Of a stretch of 64,000 bases of DNA, positions 48,432 to 60,100 are shown piece after piece. The DNA is from Phyllosticta citribraziliensis (taxonomy: Eukaryota). The stretch is taken from NCBI RefSeq assembly GCF_038025025.1, contig NW_027117342.1:2046001-2110000 (forward strand), read 5' to 3'. Numbering within the stretch: the stretch's first letter is position 1; each line of letters opens with the position of its first letter. The position numbers were made by a program, and so were the translations under genes. The notes under the pieces were generated by a model, which saw only the letters and a list, made by a program, of their open reading frames with translations, was not told the origin of the DNA and did no database searches.

Positions 48432-49943
48432 TCACGTTCCTTCGAAGGCGTTGGATGGAGGATTCTTCAAGTCTTCGAGACTCCATTTGCGGATTGGAAG
48501 ACAGGTGAGGGACGTCTGATGACCTCGGCGGAACATTTCGATTCCCGCCCACGCAATCATCGCCGCATTATCTGTACACAGCTCCAGGGGAGGGTACAAG
48601 AGTTTGATGTCGGGATAGCCTTTGTAAGCGAGAAACTCGGAGAGACTTTTCAATTAGCTCAAGGGACGCGAAGAGGAAGGGTGTACTCACACGTGTCTCA
48701 TGTACATGTTGGACGCCACGCCTCCGCTCACCACGACTGACATTGTTTGAGCAAGCTCGGGATTTGTCTCTGTGATTTCCTGCAGCACAAGAAAAATTCG
48801 GCTGGCGAGATGCTCAAACGTGACTCTCATGACCTCACGAGCCATGCATTTCCGTTCTTCTTCGCTGACATCATTTGGAGCCCGCGGCATCTTGCTCACT
48901 CTGCCAGTCTCCTTGCTCATCCCAAATCTGATGAAGTTCTCCACCGAAGAGAGCGTCCCAGCAAAGCTCATGTCCATTGAAGACGCCCTGAGCCCTGCGG
49001 GAGATGCGCCCATCGGTGGCTGGAAGCCCCAGCCCCAGCTGGTGATTCGTTTCCCAAGCTCTTCTCCCCTATTCCTAGGGGGCCTGTAGTCGTAATCTCT
49101 GGGGCCGTCTGGAAAAGCAAAGCGCTCAAGGAGTCGGGCGTACATGGTATCACCCCAGGCATCGACGAGGTTTTGAGGTACAATCAGACGTCCAGCCTTG
49201 TCGAGACATTGCCCAATGGCACGATCAGTGGTGGAGCTAAGGACCTGATGTGATTCCAGTGAGTCGGATTTAATTATTAGGGTGTGGCCCCCAGACACGA
49301 GCAGAGAAACAAAAGGGAATCGAGGCTCTACTGGCCGTGTATTTTGGCCGGTCGGCCCGCTACCACTCGGATCTGACTTGTTCGTAAGCGCAGAGACTAG
49401 ACGTGGCGTCAATGCATGCGCATGCATGTGGTGTACACCGATGAGAGGAATGGCCCATGCAGCCGCGAGGCCTTTGGCAGTTTGCAGCCCCGTGGAGAGG
49501 TTCGACATCATGCCGGGGCCGCGGGTGACGGCGATGAAGTCTGGCTTCATTCGAAAATCTACTGTGCTACCATCTTCCGAGGGCACGGCAACAAGGTGCA
49601 AGCTAGCGGAGGGGGTTTCTAGTTCAATTCTCGGGAGATGGCGAATCGCTCTCTGAAGAAGAGGGGCGATGTTTTGGTGATGCGACTCTAGTGCGGCTAG
49701 CGGGTGGATACCCTTGAATGAGGTATTGTTTGCCGTGACCTTGTTATGAAAGTGGAGAACAGCGTCGCTCTCGTCTTTTGGCCATGGACGCCTGTTATGA
49801 TCTCTGGTCTCCAGCACGGCCACAGAAGTGTCGTCGCATGACGTCTCGATGCCAATGGTGAGGAGATGGCGGCGCTGTGATGGTCCGCTGACCGGCCTGG
49901 CGAGGACTGCCGGACGAGCGCGGCAGAAGGATGAGCGGAGCAT
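48432..49943 (-). CDS. QRI7: Mitochondrial tRNA N6-adenosine threonylcarbamoyltransferase (Kae1/TsaD/Qri7 family)
   Basis: Arg-rich presequence; IGIETSCDDT, AVTRGPG, VHHMHAHALT, LLVSGGHT, VVSGGVASN, LCTDNAAMIAWAG; one intron near 48650-48690. Confidence 0.93.
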
Positions 49944-50248
49944 GGCTAGACCCGACGTGCTCACGAGGACATGTGGATAGTGGCCGGTAAGGTCTGCAGG
50001 TGGTGTTGTCAGGTCGTCGAATGGAAAAGATTCAGTGGCGGTGCGCCCGTGCGCCGAACGAGCACATGCCTGGAACGAGTTGGGGGGCCAGTGGCCTCGA
50101 CGTCACTCCGGCCCTCCCTCCCTGCCAAACCAACCAACACAACATCCCCCCAAAGGAACACCAGCGCCTCTTAAATCCTAGTCGCCTCCTCTCCCCTCCA
50201 CCCCTCCGCTGCCGACCCTCGCCATTATGTGAACGCCTTGGTGCGACC

Positions 50249-53032
50249 ATGGCCGACATCAAGAAATCCACCGACGGGCCGACGCCCCACTCCCCTACCG
50301 CATACGACCTTACACAGCTCCCCGACTGGGACAACGATTTTGTTGACGACGACGGCGTCGCCAACTTCGAGCGCGCCCTGCACGCACCGGAGCCATCCCC
50401 CTCCAGCGACAATCTGCTCGAGCAGCAGCTCCCCAAAAAGTCCCATTTCATCACCGCCCTCAACGACTGGCGCCCCGTCCACCAACGCATTCGGAAAAGG
50501 AAGAAACGCACACCGAGACGCGGCAAGGACGAGACACGAGAGGGCTTGTCCTATAGCGTTCTCAAGTGGCCATTCCTATTCATCGTCTTTGGCTGGCTCA
50601 TAGGCCTCGGCATCTCCTACCTGTTGACTCGGTTCTACATTTACCTCTACGAGCATTGGATAACATGGAGGGGCAAGCGCGAAAAGCTGCGCCGGAACCT
50701 GAGCAGGACAGAGACATATGAGGACTGGGTTGCTGCCGCAAAAGAGCTGGACAAACACCTTGGGAATGATGAGTGGAAGAAGAAGGATGCGTACGCCTAT
50801 TACGATGCCAAGACAATCAAACGCGTCAGAGACCAATTGTCAAAGCTACGTGCCCAGGCCGAGCAGGAAGAGAGCACTCTCAACGGAGATTCCGAATCTG
50901 GAGACCGTGCTGTGCATCAACTCCGCGGCCTGTTGGAAGCTTGCGTCAAGAGCAATTTCGTTGGCTTTGAGAATCCGCACTTGTACAGCGAAAGCTACTA
51001 CGGGACCAAGAATTTGCTGCAATCCTACATTGACGAGGTCACGCAGTCGATAACTCTTCTTCAGGATACTGATGCTCTCAATACCGAGGAGAAGCGAACG
51101 CTGTTCAAACATCTGCAAGCCAACTTTGGCCGCACCGCACTGTGTCTCTCAGGCGGCGCTACTTTTGCGTACTACCACTTTGGCGTTGCCAAGGCTCTTT
51201 TGGACGCCAACCTACTTCCCCAAGTCATCACCGGAACTTCTGGCGGCGCTCTAGTCGCAGGATTACTCTGCACCCGCACCGACGACGAACTTAAGAAACT
51301 TCTCGTGCCAGCATTGGCCCATCGAATCACCGCATGTCATGATGACATGGTCACTTGGGCCAAGAGGTGGTACAAGACTGGCGCTCGTTTTGACAGTGTC
51401 GACTGGGCTAGGCGTTGCATGTGGTTTACCCGTGGCAGCCTGACATTTCGCGAGGCCTACCAGCGGACAGGCCGTATTCTCAACGTCTCCTGCGTTCCTT
51501 CCGATCCACATTCTCCTACGATTCTCGCCAACTACATCACAGCTCCCGACTGTGTAATATGGTCGGCTACACTTGCTTCAGCTGCAGTGCCAGGCATATT
51601 GAACCCTGTCGTTCTCATGAAGAAGAAGAAAGACGGCACTCTCGAACCCTATTCGTTTGGACACAAGTGGAAGGATGGAAGTCTTCGCACAGACGTGCCG
51701 CTTAAGGCTTTGAACATGCACTTTAATGTGCGATTCTCCATTGTCAGCCAGGTCAATCCGCACGTAAACCTCTTCTTCTTCTCATCGCGTGGAACTGTTG
51801 GGCGGCCCGTGACCCACCGCCGCGGACGTGGTTGGCGCGGAGGCTTTTTGGGATCGGCTACCGAACAATATCTCAAACTTGACCTGACAAAGTGGCTCAA
51901 AGTTTTGCGACACCTTGAACTTCTGCCAAGGCCTCTTGGTCAGGATTGGAGCGAGATTTGGCTCCAGCGCTTCAGTGGGACAATCACCATTTGGCCCAAG
52001 TCCATTCCCTCGGACTTTTACTACATCCTGGCGGACCCTAACCCGCAACGGTTGGCAAGAATGATACACGTGGGCCAGCAGTCAACCTTCCCAAAACTCA
52101 AGTTCATTGCAAACAGGATGACAATAGAGAGGTCGATCGAAGAGGGGAGGAAGATGACAAGACCGCAGAAAACAAAGGAGGGTGGTTTGGTAAATATCTT
52201 GTCTGAAGAAGACCTAAGAGGATTGCTCAAGGAAGCCCAAGAAAACAACGGATCCGTTTCACGGACACCAAAGGCCTTTTCAGCTGCAGCCTCATCATCG
52301 GGCTCTTCTGACAAGAGTTCGCCACCTTCCAATCGCCGCTTCCGCCAGCCAGGTGGCCTCGACGGTACCCTATCCCCTCAGTCCAATCCCGACGGTTCCA
52401 CCGACGTCCCAGAATCAGGACGCGCTTCCCCTTCGCTATCGAAGCGAATCAGCGGATGGTGGTCGTCCCGATTCAATGCTCCGCCATCCCCACGCACCGC
52501 CTCTCTGCAGCGCAACGCTCATCTGCGCGGTCCTTACGCCGGCGAGCGAGCCGGCAGCATGTTCGAGCTGCGCCCGCCGCGTGAATACGTCGAAGATGAA
52601 ATCTACCAGCACCCGCAAGGCAACGGCTCCTCGCACCGCCAGCTCAACGACAGCCACAATGACCGGCGGCAGTCGGTCGCCCGCGAAATCTTCCGCCAGT
52701 CGCGCGTTTTCATCGACGACTCGGACACCGAGGGCGAGCCCGACACGGATGGTGAGGCCCCTTTCATCTACGACAATGGCAACTTTTCGTCTCGCGACAG
52801 CAAGTTTCAGCGAGACTACGAGGAGGGCCGCGAGGACGAGGCTGATGAGGATGAAGCTTCCGTCACGCAAGGCGACGAGTGGGACGCGCAAGACGAAGTG
52901 CTGGAGGAGAGGGTGAATGAGGATGATGCCGTGCAGCGCTTTTTGGGCAACGAGTCGGATGAGAGTGGCGCTAGTGGGTCGAGTGACGAGGTCGGTGGCA
53001 CGAGGAAGAGGAGAGGCACGTTTGTTGGATAG
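50249..53032 (+). CDS. Patatin-like phospholipase / triacylglycerol lipase (TGL3/4/5 family, DUF3336 + patatin)
   Basis: Transmembrane segment, LCLSGGATF, ITGTSGG (GxSxG), WKDGSL (DG motif); single exon from ATG 50249. Confidence 0.93.
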   Translation: MADIKKSTDGPTPHSPTAYDLTQLPDWDNDFVDDDGVANFERALHAPEPSPSSDNLLEQQLPKKSHFITALNDWRPVHQRIRKRKKRTPRRGKDETREGLSYSVLKWPFLFIVFGWLIGLGISYLLTRFYIYLYEHWITWRGKREKLRRNLSRTETYEDWVAAAKELDKHLGNDEWKKKDAYAYYDAKTIKRVRDQLSKLRAQAEQEESTLNGDSESGDRAVHQLRGLLEACVKSNFVGFENPHLYSESYYGTKNLLQSYIDEVTQSITLLQDTDALNTEEKRTLFKHLQANFGRTALCLSGGATFAYYHFGVAKALLDANLLPQVITGTSGGALVAGLLCTRTDDELKKLLVPALAHRITACHDDMVTWAKRWYKTGARFDSVDWARRCMWFTRGSLTFREAYQRTGRILNVSCVPSDPHSPTILANYITAPDCVIWSATLASAAVPGILNPVVLMKKKKDGTLEPYSFGHKWKDGSLRTDVPLKALNMHFNVRFSIVSQVNPHVNLFFFSSRGTVGRPVTHRRGRGWRGGFLGSATEQYLKLDLTKWLKVLRHLELLPRPLGQDWSEIWLQRFSGTITIWPKSIPSDFYYILADPNPQRLARMIHVGQQSTFPKLKFIANRMTIERSIEEGRKMTRPQKTKEGGLVNILSEEDLRGLLKEAQENNGSVSRTPKAFSAAASSSGSSDKSSPPSNRRFRQPGGLDGTLSPQSNPDGSTDVPESGRASPSLSKRISGWWSSRFNAPPSPRTASLQRNAHLRGPYAGERAGSMFELRPPREYVEDEIYQHPQGNGSSHRQLNDSHNDRRQSVAREIFRQSRVFIDDSDTEGEPDTDGEAPFIYDNGNFSSRDSKFQRDYEEGREDEADEDEASVTQGDEWDAQDEVLEERVNEDDAVQRFLGNESDESGASGSSDEVGGTRKRRGTFVG

Positions 53033-53569
53033 GACCGCTCGCGAGAGTCGGTCCTGGTGGGAATGGAAAGAAAGTTTGGCATATCAGGCAGGGTTTGGGC
53101 TGTATTCTCTTCTTTCGTTTGCGCTAAGGGAAAATTAGGACGTGCATCTTACTGCATATCGATGGATGTGGATACAAGTAGAGAATATACTTCATCTTGT
53201 ATTTTGTTATCTATCCACTCTGAAAAGGGACCACTGTTCGGTAGTCCTTGCCAGTCCCCTAACGCGACGAGTTCGAACAGGCTAAGACGTTATGACTGCT
53301 CCTAGAGTGCAGATGTGCTGTCTATAGACAGCTCCGGCCCCTGGTCTTGCGCTTCCACGTCGATGATGCGAATTCAAATGCTTCAAATACTGAAATCGAG
53401 TTGACATTAAACTTGGTGCTTAATAAAGCAATTTGGAAGTAATTGTACAATAGCAGTCACAACGAAAAGGACATGAACACAGAAAATCCGTTGTTTTCCT
53501 TACACTCCAAGTGACCGCCTCGGTAGTCGCGCTCAGGAGACCCTTTTTATTTCTTGTTAAATCTCCCTC

Positions 53570-56500
53570 TCAAGAGCGAGCCTGTCCTTTCTTCCTCCTT
53601 TTGGCAGTGTTGGGCATCTCACTAGACGCAGGCCGCTTGCTAGCGAGGCGAGCCATGCTCCGCGTGACGACATTCGGACGAACAACCATATTAGATGCCC
53701 TCGAACTCCTCGCCTTCCTATCCGACCTGTGGATTGAGCTGTAATTCTCCCGAGGTGATTGCGGAGGTGCCTGTGAATCCATATCCCAGTCTTCATTCGG
53801 CGGCGCAGCCACAGACGTAGAGTCCACAGGTGGAAAGTAGTTTACTTGATAAATTCTCTTTTTGCGATCTTCGATGCGATCAAAGTAGCCCCTTTTAAGT
53901 CCGTTCAGCTGCGGTCTATTATTGAACGCGGCGGTGCGTTCGTAACGGTTGGCGTCATCCGCCAGAGATCTCGCGTGGTCCTCGCCCAGCTCTTCGAAAG
54001 GGTTGTCGGGCTTGACGAGGTAAGCCTCGCTGAGATCTTCGAGCTTGGCCGCGAAGCGATTCAGCTCTTGTTCGAGTTCTTCGCGTTCCAGAGGCTGTTT
54101 GAATGGTTCGCCATTGCTTTTAATGTCGACTTTGAGAGCAGGTTCTTCCTCGAGGTTCCTGAGGTACTCGTCCACATATTCAGTAAAGGGAATTGGCTCT
54201 CGAGTTTTTCGCGCTTTACGGGTTATGCCCCTTTTAAGTGATGCCATTCTGTGCAATTTGAAAGTGCGTTTCACTGCTTCTGAGAGTATGGGGCAGTTTG
54301 TTTCGCTCGGTAGAGCGAGAAGCCCCGATGGAGCCACTGTGTTTCGATGTGAGGCGTCAACGATCCTGCGAAGCAGATCTTCGTAGTAGTATTCCATGGT
54401 GTGAACGACCGGCTTGTTGTACTTGATGTCGAAGGTCTGGTATTTGGTCATCATCTTGGGCAACTCGAATTTCAACGGGTCATACAGCGTCCTTTTCACT
54501 TGCTTTTCTCTCTCCTTTCTGGTGTCAACTCCCCGTGTTGTGAGGAGATCGGCGATTTTTTCGCGATTCATGTAAGAATAGTCAAGCTCGACGAGGTCGC
54601 TTCTATCCTTGATCCACGCAGGGGTTTGGTTTCGTTGACTCTCCGGCCACATTCGATTTAAACTGGTAGACCATAACCTCGGATTGTCATCGATGAGAGG
54701 AATCCCTGAGTCTGCCGCGTGGGGAGTCTGTTTGTCGAATTTTCCCTGAGCTTTGCTTCTTGGTTCGCAAAATTGAACGTCTTTGGAACTAACGTTTCGC
54801 AGGCATGACAGAAGAAAACGTCGATCGTCCGTCGTTGTGAGAGTTCGGAATATTAACGCAATGCCGACAACATCGCCAATGTTGTATCCCATCTTGTCAG
54901 AATCGGATTCCATGGATGGTCCAAAACTCCGGTAATAGGCACCGGGGTTCTCACTATTGCTTGGTATCTCCTTGAAGTGGTCAAGGAGATTGTAGACCCA
55001 GTCATGTTGTAAAAAGTGTTTGAGTAGATCTGCGTAGCGGTAGCGAAACCTGTTCTTAGTCCATAGGCGTTTGGGAACGCCGCAATCTTCATCTTCGCCC
55101 ACTTCGTCTTCGTACGCTCCGTGTTCGCCCAGTCTTAGTTGCCTGCGAACGTGAGCTATGATGGTCTCCAGGTCCAGATTTCCTGTACGGCATGGACACG
55201 CAATGTTTCGAGGATAGAACTGGCCAGTGCCCAAAGACCTGTGGAATACGCATCCGCCGGCCTCGTCTTGGGTTGGGAACTTGAGCGAATCTGGTCGTGC
55301 CCCGGAAAGATGGATACTGCCCAGCTTGGGCTGGGGCACAATTCTCTGGGGTATTCCCTGGTAGGGCTGTGTCTCATACTCTGGTCTGGGGGTTCCTTGA
55401 TACGAATTCGCTGTGCAGAATTAGCTGTCATCATTACCCAATACAAGCGTGGGAAAAGTTTTTTACCGATCGTTGCGTCCAACACATGGATATCGCTTTG
55501 AAAGTTGAACCATATTTTCAAAATATCTTTGTTGAATATGATCCGCTCCCAAAGATACCCGAGCTTGGATTTTTGTCAGTATTATATCTTGTGTGTTTAA
55601 TATGCTTGGTAATCGCTCACTTGGTCCACAGTCTCCTCATCCCTCTTCTCCAGCATGTGCAAGATATGAAAGCAAAAGGTGACGTGCCGATCAATCGCAA
55701 TTGATAAAACTGTGCACAGATTTTCAGTATCGTCCGTGTCCTCGCTCATATTCTCGAGTTCCTCTTCTTCTCTTTGTCTGCTGACGAGCTTGAACTCGGC
55801 GTCAATGCCAACGTAAGGACGGAGAATGGCTTTTGTTGCATTTGTTGAATCAAGGTGGACGTTGACGGGAATCTCTTGGCCTGGTCCAAAGGGCAGCAAC
55901 CGCACCAGTAGGTCCACAGCGGGTCGAATTTGATTTGCTTCTTTGATACTTACAACGAAGATGGAGAATATTGCGGGGAAATGTTTTGATGAACCAGATT
56001 GATAATTCTTCCCAACCTGAGGAGGTCGCGGCGAACCTGAGTCGAGTCCGCTTGGCTGATATCCAATTAGCTTCGTCGAGCAAAAATAGCCGGTTACATA
56101 CCAAGCTGAACTCGTTGGCGCAAAAATGTGGACCGTTCCCTAACTTTTTCTTCCTCCACCACCACCTGATTTCCTTGATCGGGAGGTTTGAGCTCTCAGC
56201 TTGTGCCTTTTCTGTAATCAGTTGATTGATGAGACTTTCCCCCGTTATTTCCGGGACCAAGCTGGAGAATTTGTAACGATTGTACCGGCTCCTTTTGACA
56301 GAGATTCGGCAACGGATATGGTCGCTGAAGGCTGCACCTATTACACTCGAACGTTCTCCAAACTTCAAGATGATATGGGTGCGGAGAGCATTGGAGACGA
56401 CTTCAAGGACGTTGTTGAGAACAGGTAGTGAGCCTGAAAGATCCGGCTTTGATAGAAATTTGTAAAACTCGAGCTGATCAAAGTAGTGGTACCTTTGGTG

Positions 56501-56683
56501 GAGAGGGTGTTGATTATTAAGCCAGATCCGAAGATAGTGATGTAGGACTTCTCCGAGGATGTACGTGAACTCATTGGGATCACCGATAATTTGTCTTGCC
56601 AGCGTACGATACAGCGTCCTGCCATCCCCGATTAGTCCGCCTCCTTGCTCTTTGATACGTACCAAAATTCTGCTGTTTTCCAT
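53570..56683 (-). CDS. Pseudo-OTU + DEDDy 3'-5' exonuclease protein, paralog A (~984 aa)
   Basis: Exons 56683-56102, 56055-55621, 55563-55467 and 55410-53570, all with GT-AG introns and in frame. OTU-like GDGRTLYRTLARQIIGD; ExoI VGIDAEF; ExoII KIWFNFQSDI; ExoIII YNIGDV. Confidence 0.8.
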
Positions 56684-57181
56684 AGCGGTTGGGGACAGAA
56701 TGGGGGATCTGGCTTTCGCAAAGTGTATTTGAGACTTCTGCTCATATTTGGGGATTTCAGAAACGTGATATTATCAATGGACAAAGAGAACTTCGCAGGA
56801 CGTCCGCTTTTGGCTGTCCATTGGGAACGGAACTCTATCGCCTTTGACAGAAGAATTTTCAAGGACCCAACAATCACGGCCAATTCTTTTGGAGCTCTGA
56901 CTCCATTCTTGACGCTATGATACAAGATACAAAGAAACAAAGAAGGTAGATTGGACCCTCGACCGCATGCAGCTCGTCGTTGAGGTTGGAGTGAAAGGTA
57001 GGAAGGACTGTGATAGTCCGAGGCGTCGTAGCAAGAGTCGTGGCACACGCAATCCCGATGTCCTGCGAATCAGCGGTTGAATGATTCCTGTTACTGCTCT
57101 CTTGGACTCCTGAATGCTTGCAGCGAATGAATAATCCTTGACGGAGCCCACCAATGTTGTATCATATCTTCGGCGAGCGAT

Positions 57182-60100
57182 TCACTTCTTAGTCTTTTTG
57201 GTCGGCACTGGGGTATCTTGTATGCCAGCGTCGTCGGTTGAGCGTTTCGATCCCGCAGAGCCGCCTCCTGACGAACCGCCACTTCCATATACTGCCCCAC
57301 TCCTTGTCGCCCGAGGTGGCGTCCTAGGTGCAGGAAAAGGAGTCGAAGGATCGGGCTCATTGAGAGCTTTTTGGAAAAGCAACTCGGAGAAGAAGCCTAC
57401 CCCCTTGTATGCTTGGATTGCATCGTTGATCGTTTTGAACCACGCCCGCCTAAGATCCACTGTTGCTTTTTCGCTGTTGCGCAATATCTCGTCTTTTTCG
57501 AATTCTGGCGTGTCCTCACTGGCGACCCTTTGAAAGAACTTCAGACCGAACTTGTCGTCCCAACTGTCTAATTTGGCCCGATTGCTCCACGATAACTCGA
57601 GCAGACGGTGCTTGAGCTCCAGTAGATTACTGACGATCCTTTCCGTGCTTTCTAAACCAGACTTGTCGGTATATTCATCCACGCCGGCAATGGTACGCTG
57701 AATAGCGGTAGGGAGGTACTCTCCGATAGTCATTGGCGGTTTGGTCCATCTTTTCGACATTGTGTCACTCTTTACCGCCATTTGAACTCCATGGGACACT
57801 GTGTAGCCATTCATCCCTTGACAATCAACCATCAGGCCTTTGGGGATGTTTGATTTTGAAGCTCCAGAGGCACGAGCACGCCAGAATATGTCTTCAATGT
57901 GACTCTCCATGCTTTGGACAATTGCTGGCCTATACCGGTCATTGATCCTGAAGTCCTTTGTCATGCCTTCTGCGAGTCCAAACCTGCAAGGATCGTAATT
58001 CTTCCTCCAGACGACGTATTGTTGGCTTTCTACTGACAGCTCTTTTTCGCAATACTCTTCTGCTAAAAGTTTTTTTGCTAACGGGTCTTCGTCGAGTCCT
58101 AGTCTTGCTTCTATGAGCTTTTCATGTGCCATGAAGGAGTTGTCGTGCAGAGCCAGGTCGTCCTTGCTTTCGATGAAGGCAGTAGTGCTCATAATCCTGG
58201 GGCCGCGCCCCTTCTTGGTTTCGTAGGTAGTGTGACCCAAAAAATAGTCCTCGTCTTCTTCATTCCACAGGTTCAGATCTGCAGACCACCCTCGGGCATT
58301 GTCTGAGATGAGCGGAATTCGTCTATCTCTTGCACCATTGGTCTGGCCATCGAACGGCGTCGATTGCGTGCGCCGAGTCTGGTCGTATTTCGGTGGTATC
58401 TCGTTCCAACTGACGTTCTTCAGGCGCGCAAAGAGAAGCTTGCGGTCGTCAGTTGTCGTCAAGAAGCGGAACATCAGCGCGATTCCAACGACATCCCCAA
58501 TGTTGTAACCCATTTTGTCTGATTCGATTTCCATTGATGGTATGCCAAGGCTTCGATAGAATCGACCGTTAGGAGCAGCGTTTTCTCTCGCCCATCGATT
58601 GGGCGCGTCTTTGAGGTGGTTCAGGATAGGATAAATCCAGTCATCTTGCATGAAATGTTGCAGAAGTTTTGCGTAGCCGAACCATTTTCTTTCGGTCCAC
58701 CATTCGCGTTTGGCAGAATCTCTGAGTCCGAGCTGGCGGCGGACGTGCGCTAGTATAGCCTCCAAATCCAAGTTTCCGTGTCGACATGGACAATACATCT
58801 TCCTCTTATCCTGTTCGATTGGCGCATTGAGGTGGAATTGACAGTCAAGACTTTCAGATGGAAAGAATAAATTTCTCGGCCGCTTATTCTGGAACAAGGG
58901 ATGGCTCAGCCTGAACCTTGGTCTTAGCCACGCTTCACTCTTCGGATGCTTGCAAGGCTTCCTCTCCGTCGATTGGTACAAATGAGCTTTGTCAGGTGTT
59001 AACTTTGTTCATGGTATTCATTTGATGAAGCGTACCAATCGTGTTGTCCAAAGTGCTGATGTCACTCTGGAAATTAAACCAGATTTTCAAGAGACCCTTG
59101 TTGAAAATGACGCGATTCCAAAGATCTCTGAGCTATGGATCTGTTAGTATACTTAAACATAGCTTAATGCATATAATTCCAAGAGTCTGCTTCCAACAGC
59201 GCACAATTCGATGTAAAAGGCTGACTTACTCGTGATACTGTGTCTTGTCGAGGGTTCTGAAGCATGTGCAGAATGTAGAAGCAGAAAGTGACATGTCTGT
59301 CCACGGCGATACTGAGAACCGTGCATAGATTTTCAGCCTCAGGGCCATCATCACCTTTCATTTTCTCCAGAACCTCCTCAGTTAGGTCTTTGTTGTCGCT
59401 GACAAGCTTGAACTCTGCGTCGATGCCAACGTAGGGAAGGATACGACCTTTCAGAGTAGACCGGAATGATTTGCTGTTATTGAAAGGTATGTCTTGGCCT
59501 GGGCTCAGGGGCAAGATTTTGAACAAGAGATCCAAGGCCGGTTTAATTTGATCTGGTGTCTTGACACTGACAACAAAGTTTGAAAATATTGCTGGGAAGA
59601 CTGAATTTCCCGACTCGTCCTGCCAGGTTTGTCCAACTATAGGTGGCACCAGATTTGCATTGGAACCAGTTGACTTTTCGAGAAATTAGCTTGAAATCAA
59701 GACGCTGACGTTGCGTGCTTACCGGTGCGAATTCATTTGCGCTGAAAAATGTTGTGGGTCTAGGATTTGCAGAGTCCCACCACCATTTGATCTCCCTGAT
59801 GTCAAGCTGCTGACTTTGGGCTTTGAAAGCACTCATGTAGTTGATGAGATCTTGCCCCGTGTCCTCCAAGATCAGACTAGAGTATATCATCTCTTTGTGT
59901 CTTTCCTGTTCCAAAATTCGGCATTGCATGTGCCGGCTGAGAGCAACGCCGATCTTTTCTTCGTCATTTGATCTTCGGACTATTATTTCAGTCCGAAGAG
60001 CGTTTGAAGTGACGGTAAGCACGCGAGCTAGAATGTCCGGTAATTTCGAATGACCGGGTCTCGAGAGATAAATATAAAAGTTTACCACTTGATTGTCATA

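Noticed and set aside
50000..50248. N-terminal extension of the 1010-aa patatin ORF
   Set aside because: Begins at a GTG inside the QRI7/lipase promoter; ATG 50249 (MADIKK) is the plausible start.
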